Of a DNA stretch of 64,000 nucleotides, positions 22,757 to 32,275 are shown in pieces. The stretch is from Microcoleus sp. (GTDB taxonomy: Bacteria > Cyanobacteriota > Cyanobacteriia > Cyanobacteriales > Microcoleaceae). The stretch lies in NCBI GenBank assembly GCA_052279835.1, contig CP181291.1, positions 3,168,001 through 3,232,000 on the forward strand. The letters run 5' to 3'. Numbering within the stretch: position 1 is the first letter of the stretch; the number at the start of each line of letters is the position of its first letter. A program made the position numbers and the translations under genes. A model generated the notes under the pieces. That model did no database searches. It saw only the letters and a list, made by a program, of their open reading frames with translations, and was not told where the DNA came from.

Positions 22757-22796
22757 AAAGAAAAGGATAGAGGGCAAATTTCGCCCTCACCTTTTG
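22757..22796 (-). terminator. Rho-independent terminator after cp12
   Basis: The stem aaaagg..gagggc/gccctc..cctttt is followed by a T-rich tail on the minus strand. Confidence 0.6.
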
Positions 22797-22818
22797 CTTC
22801 AATCTCTAAATTGCAGGT

Positions 22819-23055
22819 TTATTCCTCGTAGATGCGGCACTCAGCAGCGTCAGGATTGTTGTCGCAATATTGTTCAAAGGAATTCTTAGGTTTAACTTGC
22901 TTTTGGTGAGAGGCTTCTGCTTGAAGTTCTTCAACTGCGTCCCAGGCGGCCGCACACTCGCCAGACGTGCTGCCACTTACGTCGCAGACTGCACGAGCGT
23001 TTACGAGTTCTTCTTCAATTTTTTCTTGGATGTTGCCCGCGGGTGTTGTTGTCAT
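22819..23055 (-). CDS. cp12: Calvin cycle regulatory protein CP12
   Basis: It has the AWDAVEEL core motif, an N-terminal Cys pair and the C-terminal YCDNNPDAAECRIYE. Confidence 0.96.
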   Translation of the reverse strand: MTTTPAGNIQEKIEEELVNARAVCDVSGSTSGECAAAWDAVEELQAEASHQKQVKPKNSFEQYCDNNPDAAECRIYEE

Positions 23056-23444
23056 ATTCACCTATATCATCATAGAGGAAAGGTTTTTGTTGCTCTATAG
23101 AACCTATCGAGAACTGTCTGTGTTACAGTTGAGGGTCTACTTATTGCCGGTACGCAGAGGGAATATTCCTTCTAAGACCCAAGCGTTACTTCAGGTCGAG
23201 CTTACCTGACTTTTGATCAAAACATTACATGGAATTGTCGTGTCAAACTGTATAGAGCTTGATCTTTTAAGATTTGGGCGATCGCACAGTGGACAGCAAA
23301 CTGATTTATCCCATGCCAATGTTAAGTTATCTTAACACAAGCATGGCGTTGTGGGGGAAATCGATCGCGCAGCAGCAGAGTCCTGGGGAAGCGGATGCAG
23401 GTTAACCTAATCTAAAAGATAGTTTTATAGAGAAGTTGTGCCAG

Positions 23445-24695
23445 ATGTACACCCAAAACGAAATGCAGTGGGTCAGCGCTTTATCCACCCGTCCCTCTTT
23501 AGAATCTGCCCTCAAAGAAGTTATAGAACAAGCCGATCGACTCTTAGAAGGCCCAGCAGATTTGGGGCTGATATTTATCTCCTCTGCCTTTGCCAGCGAA
23601 TATTCTCGGTTGATGCCTTTACTCCAAGAATTACTGCCGATTCCTGCTGTAATTGGCTGTGGTGGGGGAGGGGTAATTGGCACTGGTCTAGACGGTTTTA
23701 CGGAAGAAATAGAGGGTTCTCCAGCGGTTAGTTTGAGTCTGGCACGCTTGCCAGGAGTGAAAGTTAGGACTTTTCACGTCGCAGCCGAACAAATGCCGGA
23801 CTTAGATAGTCCTCCCCATACTTGGGTGGATCTGTTGGGTGTGCCAGCCCAGGAGGAACCGCAGTTTATCATCTTAGGCGATCCGTTTTCGTCAAAAATT
23901 AACGATTTGCTGCAAGGGCTAGATTATGCCTATCCCGGCGCGCCGAAGGTAGGGGGACTGGCTGGTGGGGACGGTACTAGGGGTGTGGCGCTGTTCTGCA
24001 ACTATCGGCTTTACCGAGAAGGGACGGTTGGGGTGGCTTTGAGTGGGAATATAGTTTTGGAAACGATTGTCGCTCAAGGCTGTAGACCGATCGGGCGTCC
24101 GTATCGGGTGACGGAAGGGGAACGCAATATTTTACTCAAACTCGAAGAACAAACTGACGATACAGGCTTCGGGGGGACGGAGCGATCGCCCTTAGAAGCT
24201 TTGCGAGAGTTGGTGCAAACTTTGAGTGAGGAAGACAGAGAGTTAGCTCAACACTCGCTGTTTGTGGGGGTAGTCAGCGATGAATTCAAGCTGGTACTAG
24301 AGCCTGGAGATTTTTTAATCCGAAATTTGTTGGGAGTAGACCCCAAAGTGGGAGCTATTGCCATCGGCGATCGAGTCCGTCTCGGACAGCGCATCCAATT
24401 TCACCTGCGGGATGCCCGCACCTCCGCAGAAGACCTAGAAATGCTGCTCGATCGGTATCAGCGATCGGCCGAGTACAACGGTACATCCAGTGCAGGCGCT
24501 TTGATGTTCTCTTGTCTAGGGCGCGGTGAAGGGCTTTACGGCGAGCCCAACTTTGACTCCCGACTATTCGGCCGATACCTCAACAACATTCCCCTGAGTG
24601 GCTTTTTCTGCAACGGTGAAATTGGCCCCGTCGGCGGGAGCACTTTTCTGCACGGCTACACTTCCGTATTTGGGATTTGCCGTCAAAATTCCTAA
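23445..24695 (+). CDS. FIST N/C-domain signal-transduction protein
   Basis: It has VIGCGGGGVIG, VAQGCRPIG, FSCLGRG and GFFCNGEIGPVGGSTFLHGYTS. Confidence 0.92.
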   Translation: MYTQNEMQWVSALSTRPSLESALKEVIEQADRLLEGPADLGLIFISSAFASEYSRLMPLLQELLPIPAVIGCGGGGVIGTGLDGFTEEIEGSPAVSLSLARLPGVKVRTFHVAAEQMPDLDSPPHTWVDLLGVPAQEEPQFIILGDPFSSKINDLLQGLDYAYPGAPKVGGLAGGDGTRGVALFCNYRLYREGTVGVALSGNIVLETIVAQGCRPIGRPYRVTEGERNILLKLEEQTDDTGFGGTERSPLEALRELVQTLSEEDRELAQHSLFVGVVSDEFKLVLEPGDFLIRNLLGVDPKVGAIAIGDRVRLGQRIQFHLRDARTSAEDLEMLLDRYQRSAEYNGTSSAGALMFSCLGRGEGLYGEPNFDSRLFGRYLNNIPLSGFFCNGEIGPVGGSTFLHGYTSVFGICRQNS

Positions 24696-24716
24696 TTGCT
24701 TGAGGGTTGACTCATA

Positions 24717-24750
24717 ACTAAAAGCGACAGTCGCCTGCCGCTTTTAGTTT
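24717..24750. terminator. Bidirectional terminator between the FIST and porin genes
   Basis: The hairpin aactaaaagcgacag-tcgc-ctgccgcttttagtt has A/T flanks. Confidence 0.75.
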
Positions 24751-24775
24751 GATTTCAACTAGATCTCTGGAAACC

Positions 24776-26773
24776 TTAGAAGCTAAAGGTTGTCCGCAGG
24801 ACTCCTACCCAGATATCGTCGTTTTTATTGTTGTGTTCGGGATTCAGAATCACGTAAACACCTGGTGTGACAGAAATAAAGTCATTGACTTGGAAGCGAT
24901 AGAAACCCTCTAGGTGATAAGAAGTGTTCTTGTCTTTGGCGACATCGCTAGAAGTAACTTTTGGCGGTACACCGAAGATAAAACCCAGCAAGTTCCCTTG
25001 GCGACCCAAGTCGGGAAAGGCTACAGTGATTGCACCATTTTGGATAGTCGCGTCTCTGTTGGAGTTCCGTAGTTGTTCGGCCTTGGAGTAACCGTACCAG
25101 CCACCAATTTGAAAGCGGCTGCTGGGTTTAAAGTTAACTTGTACACCAAAGTTATCAGATCCAGTGGCTGCTTGACCGAAGGGTCGGTTAGCCAAGGAAC
25201 TGCCGGTGCTGCCCATGATACCGACATCGCCCGATCGATTGTATTTGCGAGTGTAGGTGACACCGACATCAAATGCTTTGCCTAGAGAGGCATTGAGCTG
25301 ACCGATCGCGCTAAAGGAACCATCGAAAACACCTCTGCCATTAGCAGGGTTGGGAGCGTCGCCATCGGAAGCAAGATATGCTGCTGTGGCTCTGACTGCG
25401 CCGAAGTTGTATTTGACAGCAGCACCTGCTCCTTCGGGGCCGCGGAATACTGCTGGGTTGTAACGTCCAAAGGCGGAGAGAGCACCAGTGGCGCTAGCTT
25501 CCAAGGGAGAAGTCAGTTCGGCAACATCATCGAGCCGCAGTCCTTTGGGACCGAACCAGACTGTAGCGTTGCCTAGGGGGAAGCGGTACCACGCTTGGTC
25601 CAAAGAGAATTGGCTGCCATCTTCGCCTGCGATCGCCAGGCGAGTCATGTTCGTACCCGTCGTAGTAGCAGTACCGTAGTTTGGTATATTTCTCGCTTGC
25701 AAGCGGGTTCTGAGCAAGTCCTTGCCGGTGAAGCTGGTGTTGAAGTTCAACCGTACCCGGTAGCCCAGAGTGGTGGATGTTTTGTCGTCGTGAAGGCGGA
25801 TACCATCTCCGAAGGTGTCGCTGGCGAGAAAAACGACTTCTCCACCCAATTTGGTGGTTGTGGAGAACTGGTTAGCTTCGAGTTCGGCAGTGCGAGCTTC
25901 TAGAGCGTCTACTCTGCCGCGGAGGGTAGCCAGTTCGGCTGCAAATTCTTCTTGCAGGCGTTGCAGAACTCCTAAGTCTTCTTTGGTGACGAAGGTAGAT
26001 GTGGAGGAGCTAATTAGCTTAGTTACTTGGTCTAAGCAGGCGTTGAGGCCGGCTGCAAATTCGTAGCGTGTCAGGGCACGGTTGCCGCGGTAGGTACCAT
26101 CGGGATAACCTGCGATACAACCGTAGCGTTCGACTAGGGATTGCAGGGCTTGGAATGCCCAGTCCGTCGGCCGCACGTCGGACAGTTGCGATACCGATGT
26201 CACTTGGGACATGGCTCCTGACTGTTCTGTGGGTTGGGCTTGGGGAGCCACTGGGACGATCGGGTTGCTCAGTTGTGCCGGGGCAGTCTGAGCAACTTCT
26301 ACCTTAGCTGCTGGGGCGGAGGTTGGCAGTTTAGCGTTTTCGATCGCTGGATTCAGACTGGTTGGCACTGCCAAGTCTGATGCTTGGGGCAATGCTGCTG
26401 TTACTGGTTGCTCTTTGGCAGCACTGGTATCTGGTTCGATTTTTGCCAGTTTTTCTGCTTCTGTGGAGTTAGCGCCGATCGCTGGTGCGATCGCGGGTTC
26501 AGAAGTTGTCGCTGCTGAATTTTGCTCTGTAACTGCTGAGCTGCTATTGATTGCCACAGTCTCGGAGGCAGCAGGGGCTGCTGCAACTGGTTCTGCAACT
26601 GGTTCTGTTACTAATGCTGCAATTTGTGACTCAGATGGCTGAGCTGTTGCTAGCTGGTCGGCGACCGCAGTTGTGGTCGATTCTACAGCGAGGGCTGAGC
26701 CACAAGCCACTGTGGATAATCCCAGAATGGCCGGGGATACTAGCAGTAAATTCCAAAAAGTTCTATTCATCAT
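24776..26773 (-). CDS. Cyanobacterial outer-membrane porin (SLH + OprB-like, 'iron uptake porin' family)
   Basis: The SLH segment reads QVTSVSQLSDVRPTDWAFQALQSLVERYGCIAGYPDGTYRGNRALTRYEFAAGLNAC. It also has NQFSTTTKL and the terminal LRTTFSF. Confidence 0.95.
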   Translation of the reverse strand: MMNRTFWNLLLVSPAILGLSTVACGSALAVESTTTAVADQLATAQPSESQIAALVTEPVAEPVAAAPAASETVAINSSSAVTEQNSAATTSEPAIAPAIGANSTEAEKLAKIEPDTSAAKEQPVTAALPQASDLAVPTSLNPAIENAKLPTSAPAAKVEVAQTAPAQLSNPIVPVAPQAQPTEQSGAMSQVTSVSQLSDVRPTDWAFQALQSLVERYGCIAGYPDGTYRGNRALTRYEFAAGLNACLDQVTKLISSSTSTFVTKEDLGVLQRLQEEFAAELATLRGRVDALEARTAELEANQFSTTTKLGGEVVFLASDTFGDGIRLHDDKTSTTLGYRVRLNFNTSFTGKDLLRTRLQARNIPNYGTATTTGTNMTRLAIAGEDGSQFSLDQAWYRFPLGNATVWFGPKGLRLDDVAELTSPLEASATGALSAFGRYNPAVFRGPEGAGAAVKYNFGAVRATAAYLASDGDAPNPANGRGVFDGSFSAIGQLNASLGKAFDVGVTYTRKYNRSGDVGIMGSTGSSLANRPFGQAATGSDNFGVQVNFKPSSRFQIGGWYGYSKAEQLRNSNRDATIQNGAITVAFPDLGRQGNLLGFIFGVPPKVTSSDVAKDKNTSYHLEGFYRFQVNDFISVTPGVYVILNPEHNNKNDDIWVGVLRTTFSF

Positions 26774-26928
26774 TCCTCACACCATCACACTCTATTTAAC
26801 TTTAGCAGCAAGTCCCAACTGCTTGTTTTTGCGGTTTCTGCCTGTTCACAATATATCTTTTACTGCTTGCGAGCCTATCTGTCAAGGTTTTTAACCTGAA
26901 TTTAAAGCTAGCTCCCTTGGGGACTGTT

Positions 26929-26947
26929 TTCTCGAATTATTCGAGAA
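26929..26947. promoter_or_regulatory. Perfect 9-1-9 palindrome upstream of the porin (candidate operator)
   Basis: TTCTCGAAT-T-ATTCGAGAA lies about 155 bp upstream of the porin start. Confidence 0.45.
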
Positions 26948-27098
26948 CCCTGGGTTCCAGGCACATAGATCCGCAAATGTTTTGTTACATTTCACACTTG
27001 ACAACTTATGAATTTTGTGATGTCTGTGTGAAATTTAGTATAATCTGCTCTATCGCAATACTTTAACACAATTTTTTCTCATATTTGCCAAAGGTATC

Positions 27099-27153
27099 TG
27101 CGGGAGTGTCTCCCACCTAAAATTTTTATTTTTGTGGGAGTCGAATCTCCCGC
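27099..27153. repeat. REP-like double inverted repeat
   Basis: The outer IR is tgcgggag...ctcccgca and the inner IR is ctcccac...gtgggag. Confidence 0.55.
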
Positions 27154-27428
27154 ACCTCTGGGGGCTTTGGATCGAGTTCTACGATCGATTCTGTTGGGGA
27201 ATTATCAACAAATTATTTTTAATTCCCAACAGTATAAGCAATCTTAATAATTCCCATCCCCCGATCGCCCTGTTTGTGCATTTTTCCTAGGCTACTGAAT
27301 CCTTGTGTCCTGTGCTACCTGCCTGATATGTATAGCCGGAGGTTGCAGTATGATTGAGCAACATATGTTTGCACAGGAAAAACCACCTATATTGTGGCCA
27401 AACCTCGTAAGTACAAGAGTGAGGATTT

Positions 27429-28373
27429 ATGGAAGATTTCGGCATTATTATTGCCTGCTGCGACCAAGATTATCTGTTTGCTAAAGGTTGCTGTGCTAGT
27501 ATCAGATATTTCCTAGGAGATGTGCCGATTTGTCTGTTGATTGACGGCACATTTTCTGTCAGTGCCTTAGAAAATTCCTATGGAGTGAGAGTTATCGATC
27601 GCACCAAGGTGACGGAGGACGTGCTAAAGAACAGAAGTTTTGGCTGGGGCAAAACTAAGATGATTGCTTTCTGGGAAAGTCCTTGGTCAAATTTTCTGGT
27701 GTTAGATGCAGATACAATCGTTTGGGGCGATGTCCTCAAGTTTGCTAACTTTCAGGAATTTGATTTTATTATAGACCAACCTTGTCAGGAAAATTCCGAT
27801 GCCGATGTGGCGAAATTTTTCTTTGATCTTGGCGGTGTCGAGAAGTATTTCCCCAATTTTCACTGGCAACAATATCGAGCCAATTATTTCTGCACAGGTA
27901 CTTTCTTTGCTAAACGAAATGTTTTTAGCTTGGAGGAATACGTGGAAATTTTAGATTTTACCCAGGCACATCCGGGGATATTTAAGTACGGAGAAATGGG
28001 TTTTTTGAACTTTATGATTTTCCGGGCGGCCCAGGAAAAGAGGCTGCGGGTGCAGAATGTCGATATGCAGTTATTAATGCCGGATTTTGACCAAAATTTG
28101 CTGAAAAAGCAATTTCCGATCGCCGAAAATGGACCAGGGGGCGATCGCACCGCAGCAACGGTAATTCACTGGTGCGGGCCCAAACCAAGTTTATCTACAT
28201 CTAAAATTTACTCGGAACCGATGAATTTTTGTCGCCGCAAATGCCAGGAAGATGTCTGGAATCGCACTGGTTTGTCCGCAGAAATGTTTCTGCAATTTGA
28301 GGATTGGCAGCGATCGATCTATGTGTATAAGAATAAGTTTAAGAAGAAGTTTCGCGAATTAACAGCGAAGTAA
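27429..28373 (+). CDS. Putative GT-A fold (GT8-like) glycosyltransferase
   Basis: It has a DxD motif (VLDADTIVW), EMGFLNFM and VIHWCGPKP, which resembles GT8 IIHFxGxxKP. GAGGA lies upstream. Confidence 0.6.
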   Translation: MEDFGIIIACCDQDYLFAKGCCASIRYFLGDVPICLLIDGTFSVSALENSYGVRVIDRTKVTEDVLKNRSFGWGKTKMIAFWESPWSNFLVLDADTIVWGDVLKFANFQEFDFIIDQPCQENSDADVAKFFFDLGGVEKYFPNFHWQQYRANYFCTGTFFAKRNVFSLEEYVEILDFTQAHPGIFKYGEMGFLNFMIFRAAQEKRLRVQNVDMQLLMPDFDQNLLKKQFPIAENGPGGDRTAATVIHWCGPKPSLSTSKIYSEPMNFCRRKCQEDVWNRTGLSAEMFLQFEDWQRSIYVYKNKFKKKFRELTAK

Positions 28374-28375
28374 CT

Positions 28376-30472
28376 TTAATCATCCAGGGGTAAAGTTGGG
28401 CCCGATGGTGGTAAAACTTGGCGGTGAACCGTGATTTTGTCGCTTTCCCGCTGAGTTTGCATTTCGACGGCGATCGCCTCAAATTCGATTTCCATACAGC
28501 CGTAGGGAATTTCTAACTCTGCCGTTGCTTGGAGTTTCCCCAAACCGTTAGTTGTAAATTCGGTAATCCAGCGGGGCCCGTCCAGAATTACATAGGTTTG
28601 TCGATCGTACACCCAAATTTTCACAAAAATTCGTGGCATTAATTCCGGTAGTTCCACTCGGACTTTTACTAGCTTCCCTGGGATTATCTCTCTAGGAGGT
28701 TCGAGAACCGGCATTGGTACTAACTCGTCTGGGGACAAAACGTAGGGAGTTAAAGGATTTACTTCTGGTTCAACAACTTTTGTGGCTTTGGTTGTCGCCT
28801 GTTTCTGGGGATCGGGTGCTGGTTCATCAAAAATCACAAATTCTCTAGCTTCCCAGGTTGTAGGTGGGGGTGCGGAAATTTTAGATTCGCTGGTTTCCGG
28901 TGGCGGTGGTGTGGGAGTTTTATTTTCCACAATGGCTATTTCTTCCCTGCTATTTTCTGCGGAGGCTGCTGCGGGAGTAGGGCGGTGGGATGTTGCTTTC
29001 AGCCATTCCGGGGATTCACCGCTGGTGACGAAGGAACTCAGTCGCGACCAAAATCGATTTTCGACCTTTAAGGTTTGAAATGCTTCTTTTGTGGGTGCTA
29101 CTTCAGGTTCTGATGTTGTGGTTTGTGGTTGGGGACTGTTTTCAACTTTTTGGTCGATTGCTGTATTTGCGGCTTTTTCCAGGGCCTGTTTGATTTCTGG
29201 AGGTTGGGTTGGGGAGTCTAATTTCGGTTCTGGTGGTTGAGTTGCTGTTTGGGTGTCCGGGGTTGGGTCGGTTTGAGCATCCTTGGCAATTTCTGATAGC
29301 AGTCTTTCTCGGTTGCTGTCGGGAATTTTGCGACCAAATCCTGGTAATTCTAATTTTTTGCTAGCACTTTTCTCCTGACGGTTGTTGAGTTTTGGGGGTA
29401 AATTTTCATGGGTTTCCTCGGTTGCTGTCTGTGAAGTATCCGCTGTTTTTTCAACTAGCTTCAGGAGAGATAGATTTGGTGCTATCGAAGTAGGTTTTGA
29501 GCTGATGAGGGAGGGTTCGGGTTTCTGTGTTTGTGGTGCGCCGAAATCCTCTTTGATGACATCGAGAAGCTGTTCTAAACGGGCTGTAATTGTGAAAAAT
29601 TGGGTGGCTAGGGATACATTGTCAATGCTCAGAATTGCTTCTCCTAAAATTAGTCGGCTTTTGCAATCGGCTGGAATATAGGTGACGCAGCCAAAGATAC
29701 AAGGGGGCTCTTGTTCTGGCATCGGCTGTTGGATTTCTGCTAGAACTTGTGAGGTTTGGGGATCGCGTAGGTAGATTTGTAGTTGCGCTGAACCGATGAG
29801 TTTTTTGATTTCTGCGGTTTGGGATTCGGGGATTGGTGTGGCGCTTTTGCTGGGGCTTTTGGGGGGTTGGGGAAGGTCGATTTTGCCGGAAATGATTAAG
29901 GGGCGACCTAGTTGGGTGACGAAGGTTTCTCGATCGAGGATGATTTGCAGGTTGTAGGGAGATTTTGGCCCAGATGCTTGGGGAATCGGGAATTGGTAAA
30001 TTTTAGCGGGTTCTGGTTCTGGGGTTGGTGTGGCGACATCGGCTGCTGCTGCGAGTTCTGAGTCTGTTGGGGAACTGCTGGCTTCTGTGGGGTCGATCGC
30101 TTCTAGCGGTTCGGAGGTTTCCGATTCTGCGTGCAATACTTCTAACTGAACGCCGTATTGCCAAGGTTTCGCTGGTTTTGATTCTGGATCTGCCAAGCAG
30201 GAAAGTTCCCACTTGCCTGGTTTTAGCCTGGTGTAGGGAATGATGACTACTAATCCTTCTGAATTGGTGCGAGTCGATCGACTTTGGACTTGTCGCTGTG
30301 GTGGTACTTGATCTAGTGATGTGTAGCTAACGCGAATTTCGATGTCGGTGTTGGGGTGTGGCACCCGCGCCACGACGCGATACCTACCTTCTAGAATTTC
30401 CACGTCGGCGGTTTCTAGGGGCAACCAGGCGCGATCGCCTTCTTTCTGTAGCAAAAACTCTAATTTTTTCAT
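28376..30472 (-). CDS. Conserved cyanobacterial hypothetical protein with Pro/Glu/Thr-rich disordered centre
   Basis: 698-aa ORF with a structured N-terminus (EFLLQKEGDRAWLPLE...EGRYRVVAR) and C-terminus (VKIWVYDRQT...DGPRW). Confidence 0.8.
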   Translation of the reverse strand: MKKLEFLLQKEGDRAWLPLETADVEILEGRYRVVARVPHPNTDIEIRVSYTSLDQVPPQRQVQSRSTRTNSEGLVVIIPYTRLKPGKWELSCLADPESKPAKPWQYGVQLEVLHAESETSEPLEAIDPTEASSSPTDSELAAAADVATPTPEPEPAKIYQFPIPQASGPKSPYNLQIILDRETFVTQLGRPLIISGKIDLPQPPKSPSKSATPIPESQTAEIKKLIGSAQLQIYLRDPQTSQVLAEIQQPMPEQEPPCIFGCVTYIPADCKSRLILGEAILSIDNVSLATQFFTITARLEQLLDVIKEDFGAPQTQKPEPSLISSKPTSIAPNLSLLKLVEKTADTSQTATEETHENLPPKLNNRQEKSASKKLELPGFGRKIPDSNRERLLSEIAKDAQTDPTPDTQTATQPPEPKLDSPTQPPEIKQALEKAANTAIDQKVENSPQPQTTTSEPEVAPTKEAFQTLKVENRFWSRLSSFVTSGESPEWLKATSHRPTPAAASAENSREEIAIVENKTPTPPPPETSESKISAPPPTTWEAREFVIFDEPAPDPQKQATTKATKVVEPEVNPLTPYVLSPDELVPMPVLEPPREIIPGKLVKVRVELPELMPRIFVKIWVYDRQTYVILDGPRWITEFTTNGLGKLQATAELEIPYGCMEIEFEAIAVEMQTQRESDKITVHRQVLPPSGPTLPLDD

Positions 30473-30645
30473 AATTTTTTTTCCCTTGGAGATCTCCGCT
30501 TTCTTCCTTCAAGGTTCGCGGTGGGTTATTTCAGGACAGCTACAGGCATTGATTTAATCTATGTTTTACACTTTAATGCAAAATCGGTACGGCTGGTTAT
30601 TCTTTCCATCCCAAATCCCAAATCCACAATCTCAAATCTGCCCAG

Positions 30646-32067
30646 TCACCAAGGACTGCCGATGATGCTGAAAGCTGCCCAATAGTATGGATGGGATAAA
30701 TTTTTGCTATCGATTTGCGGAATAGACAAGGGCAACAATGTTTCCCCTCTGGAACTTCGCAGTTGACCGTTTTCGATGGTGACTTTACCTTGAATCGCAG
30801 CTATTTGTGCTTGTCGCATCGCTTCGGCTTTAATGATGGGAGGATCTTTTGGTTTGCTGACTTTTAATTGCTGGTAAAACTCGGTCATTAGCGCTAGGGT
30901 GCCGGCATCACTGACGTACCATAAGCTAGCCAGGGCTGATTTTGCTCCTGATTGCAGCGCTAACCCAGCAAATCCTAGTTCTGCTTCTTTGTCTCCTATG
31001 GCTGTTCTACAGGCACTTAATACCAATAGTTCTAGGGGCGGATTATTCCATTTTAAATCTCTCATTTGATCCAGTCCCAGTTGAGTATCCCAAAATTGAA
31101 TATAGGAGTTTTTGGGAGCTCCAGACCTGAATTCTGCATGGGTGGCGAGATGGATAATGCCGTATCTTTTTTGCAGTCGCTGAGATTGCAAATTAACTAT
31201 GGTGAAGTCTTCGTTGAGAAATGATTGACCAGGCCACTGTTGGGCGATCGCCCTTAATTCAAAAGGGACTGCTGGTAGGGGTTCTTTGTTGGATGTTTCC
31301 GAAAAAATTGCTGCCCCCATTGCGAGGACTTGGGTGTTTCTGAGGTCGGCGTAATTAATGTCTGTGAATTTGAAGGCGGGAATCCTGGCGATGCTATATT
31401 TTTGGATCAAAAATTGCTGTCCGTCGTGCATTGCTGCTAACGGTAAAGTCCGCAAACCTTCGCCCACACAGAATAGTAGGGTTTCAATTTTTGCTGTTTG
31501 TAACTCTGTTTCTAAAGGGGCTACGATCCATTTATATAGTTTTTGTGCTGGTTCTAAATAGCTGGTAGTGTTGATTTTTCTGGGGTTGGTAATTTCGCTG
31601 CTGAATTCTTGGGCTACTTGCCTTAAGTTTTTGAGTTGTGCTTCGGGTACGCTGCGGAGGATGGGCGCGCGATCGGGCAAGATTAATATGAGTTCTAGTT
31701 GGTCAGTGCGCGGTATCGCATAAATTAAAGCTGGTTTTTTCTGGGTTTTAACTGCGAGGCGAGATAGAGTGTTGGCTATTTGTTTGGCTGTTTTCGATCT
31801 CGCCCCAAAGTTTTCTGTCAAGTATTTTTGATAGTCTTCTTCCCAGTCTTCTTCGATTCTGGTAACAGCTTCGCCGAGGTTGCCTTCGTCGAGGAGTTTT
31901 CTCATTTCTTGGCCATTCAGTCCCCCTGTGACTTTGGGCTGGGCCAGGGTGCCAATATTAGCTGTACTCCACCAGAAAAATAGGAATATTAAACAGTAAA
32001 AAAATGCTGTCTTGATTCTTTGCTTAATTTTATTTTTATAGCGGGTATGCTGGGATTGGTAGTCCAT
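30646..32067 (-). CDS. CHAT-domain (caspase-like) protein with N-terminal TM/signal segment
   Basis: It has the HLATHAEF and [11 protein letters not shown] dyad motifs and terminal HPYYWAAFSIIGSPW. ATG 32067 is preferred over 32112. Confidence 0.92.
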   Translation of the reverse strand: MDYQSQHTRYKNKIKQRIKTAFFYCLIFLFFWWSTANIGTLAQPKVTGGLNGQEMRKLLDEGNLGEAVTRIEEDWEEDYQKYLTENFGARSKTAKQIANTLSRLAVKTQKKPALIYAIPRTDQLELILILPDRAPILRSVPEAQLKNLRQVAQEFSSEITNPRKINTTSYLEPAQKLYKWIVAPLETELQTAKIETLLFCVGEGLRTLPLAAMHDGQQFLIQKYSIARIPAFKFTDINYADLRNTQVLAMGAAIFSETSNKEPLPAVPFELRAIAQQWPGQSFLNEDFTIVNLQSQRLQKRYGIIHLATHAEFRSGAPKNSYIQFWDTQLGLDQMRDLKWNNPPLELLVLSACRTAIGDKEAELGFAGLALQSGAKSALASLWYVSDAGTLALMTEFYQQLKVSKPKDPPIIKAEAMRQAQIAAIQGKVTIENGQLRSSRGETLLPLSIPQIDSKNLSHPYYWAAFSIIGSPW

Positions 32068-32275
32068 TTTTTTAGACCGATTATTGACATTTTTAACCCT
32101 TGAGAAAAGCACAGGTTTTAATAGGAACCAGAACCGTGACTATGTTTGCCTGATTATAGCATTCAGCTTCCTAGATACAATGGCTATTGTTCCTTATTCT
32201 CTTTGCCTTGGGCCTTTGAGGGAGTTGGGGTTGGGCATTTGTTCTGCCTTCGCCCCAAGGGGGGATTCTGCTTGC

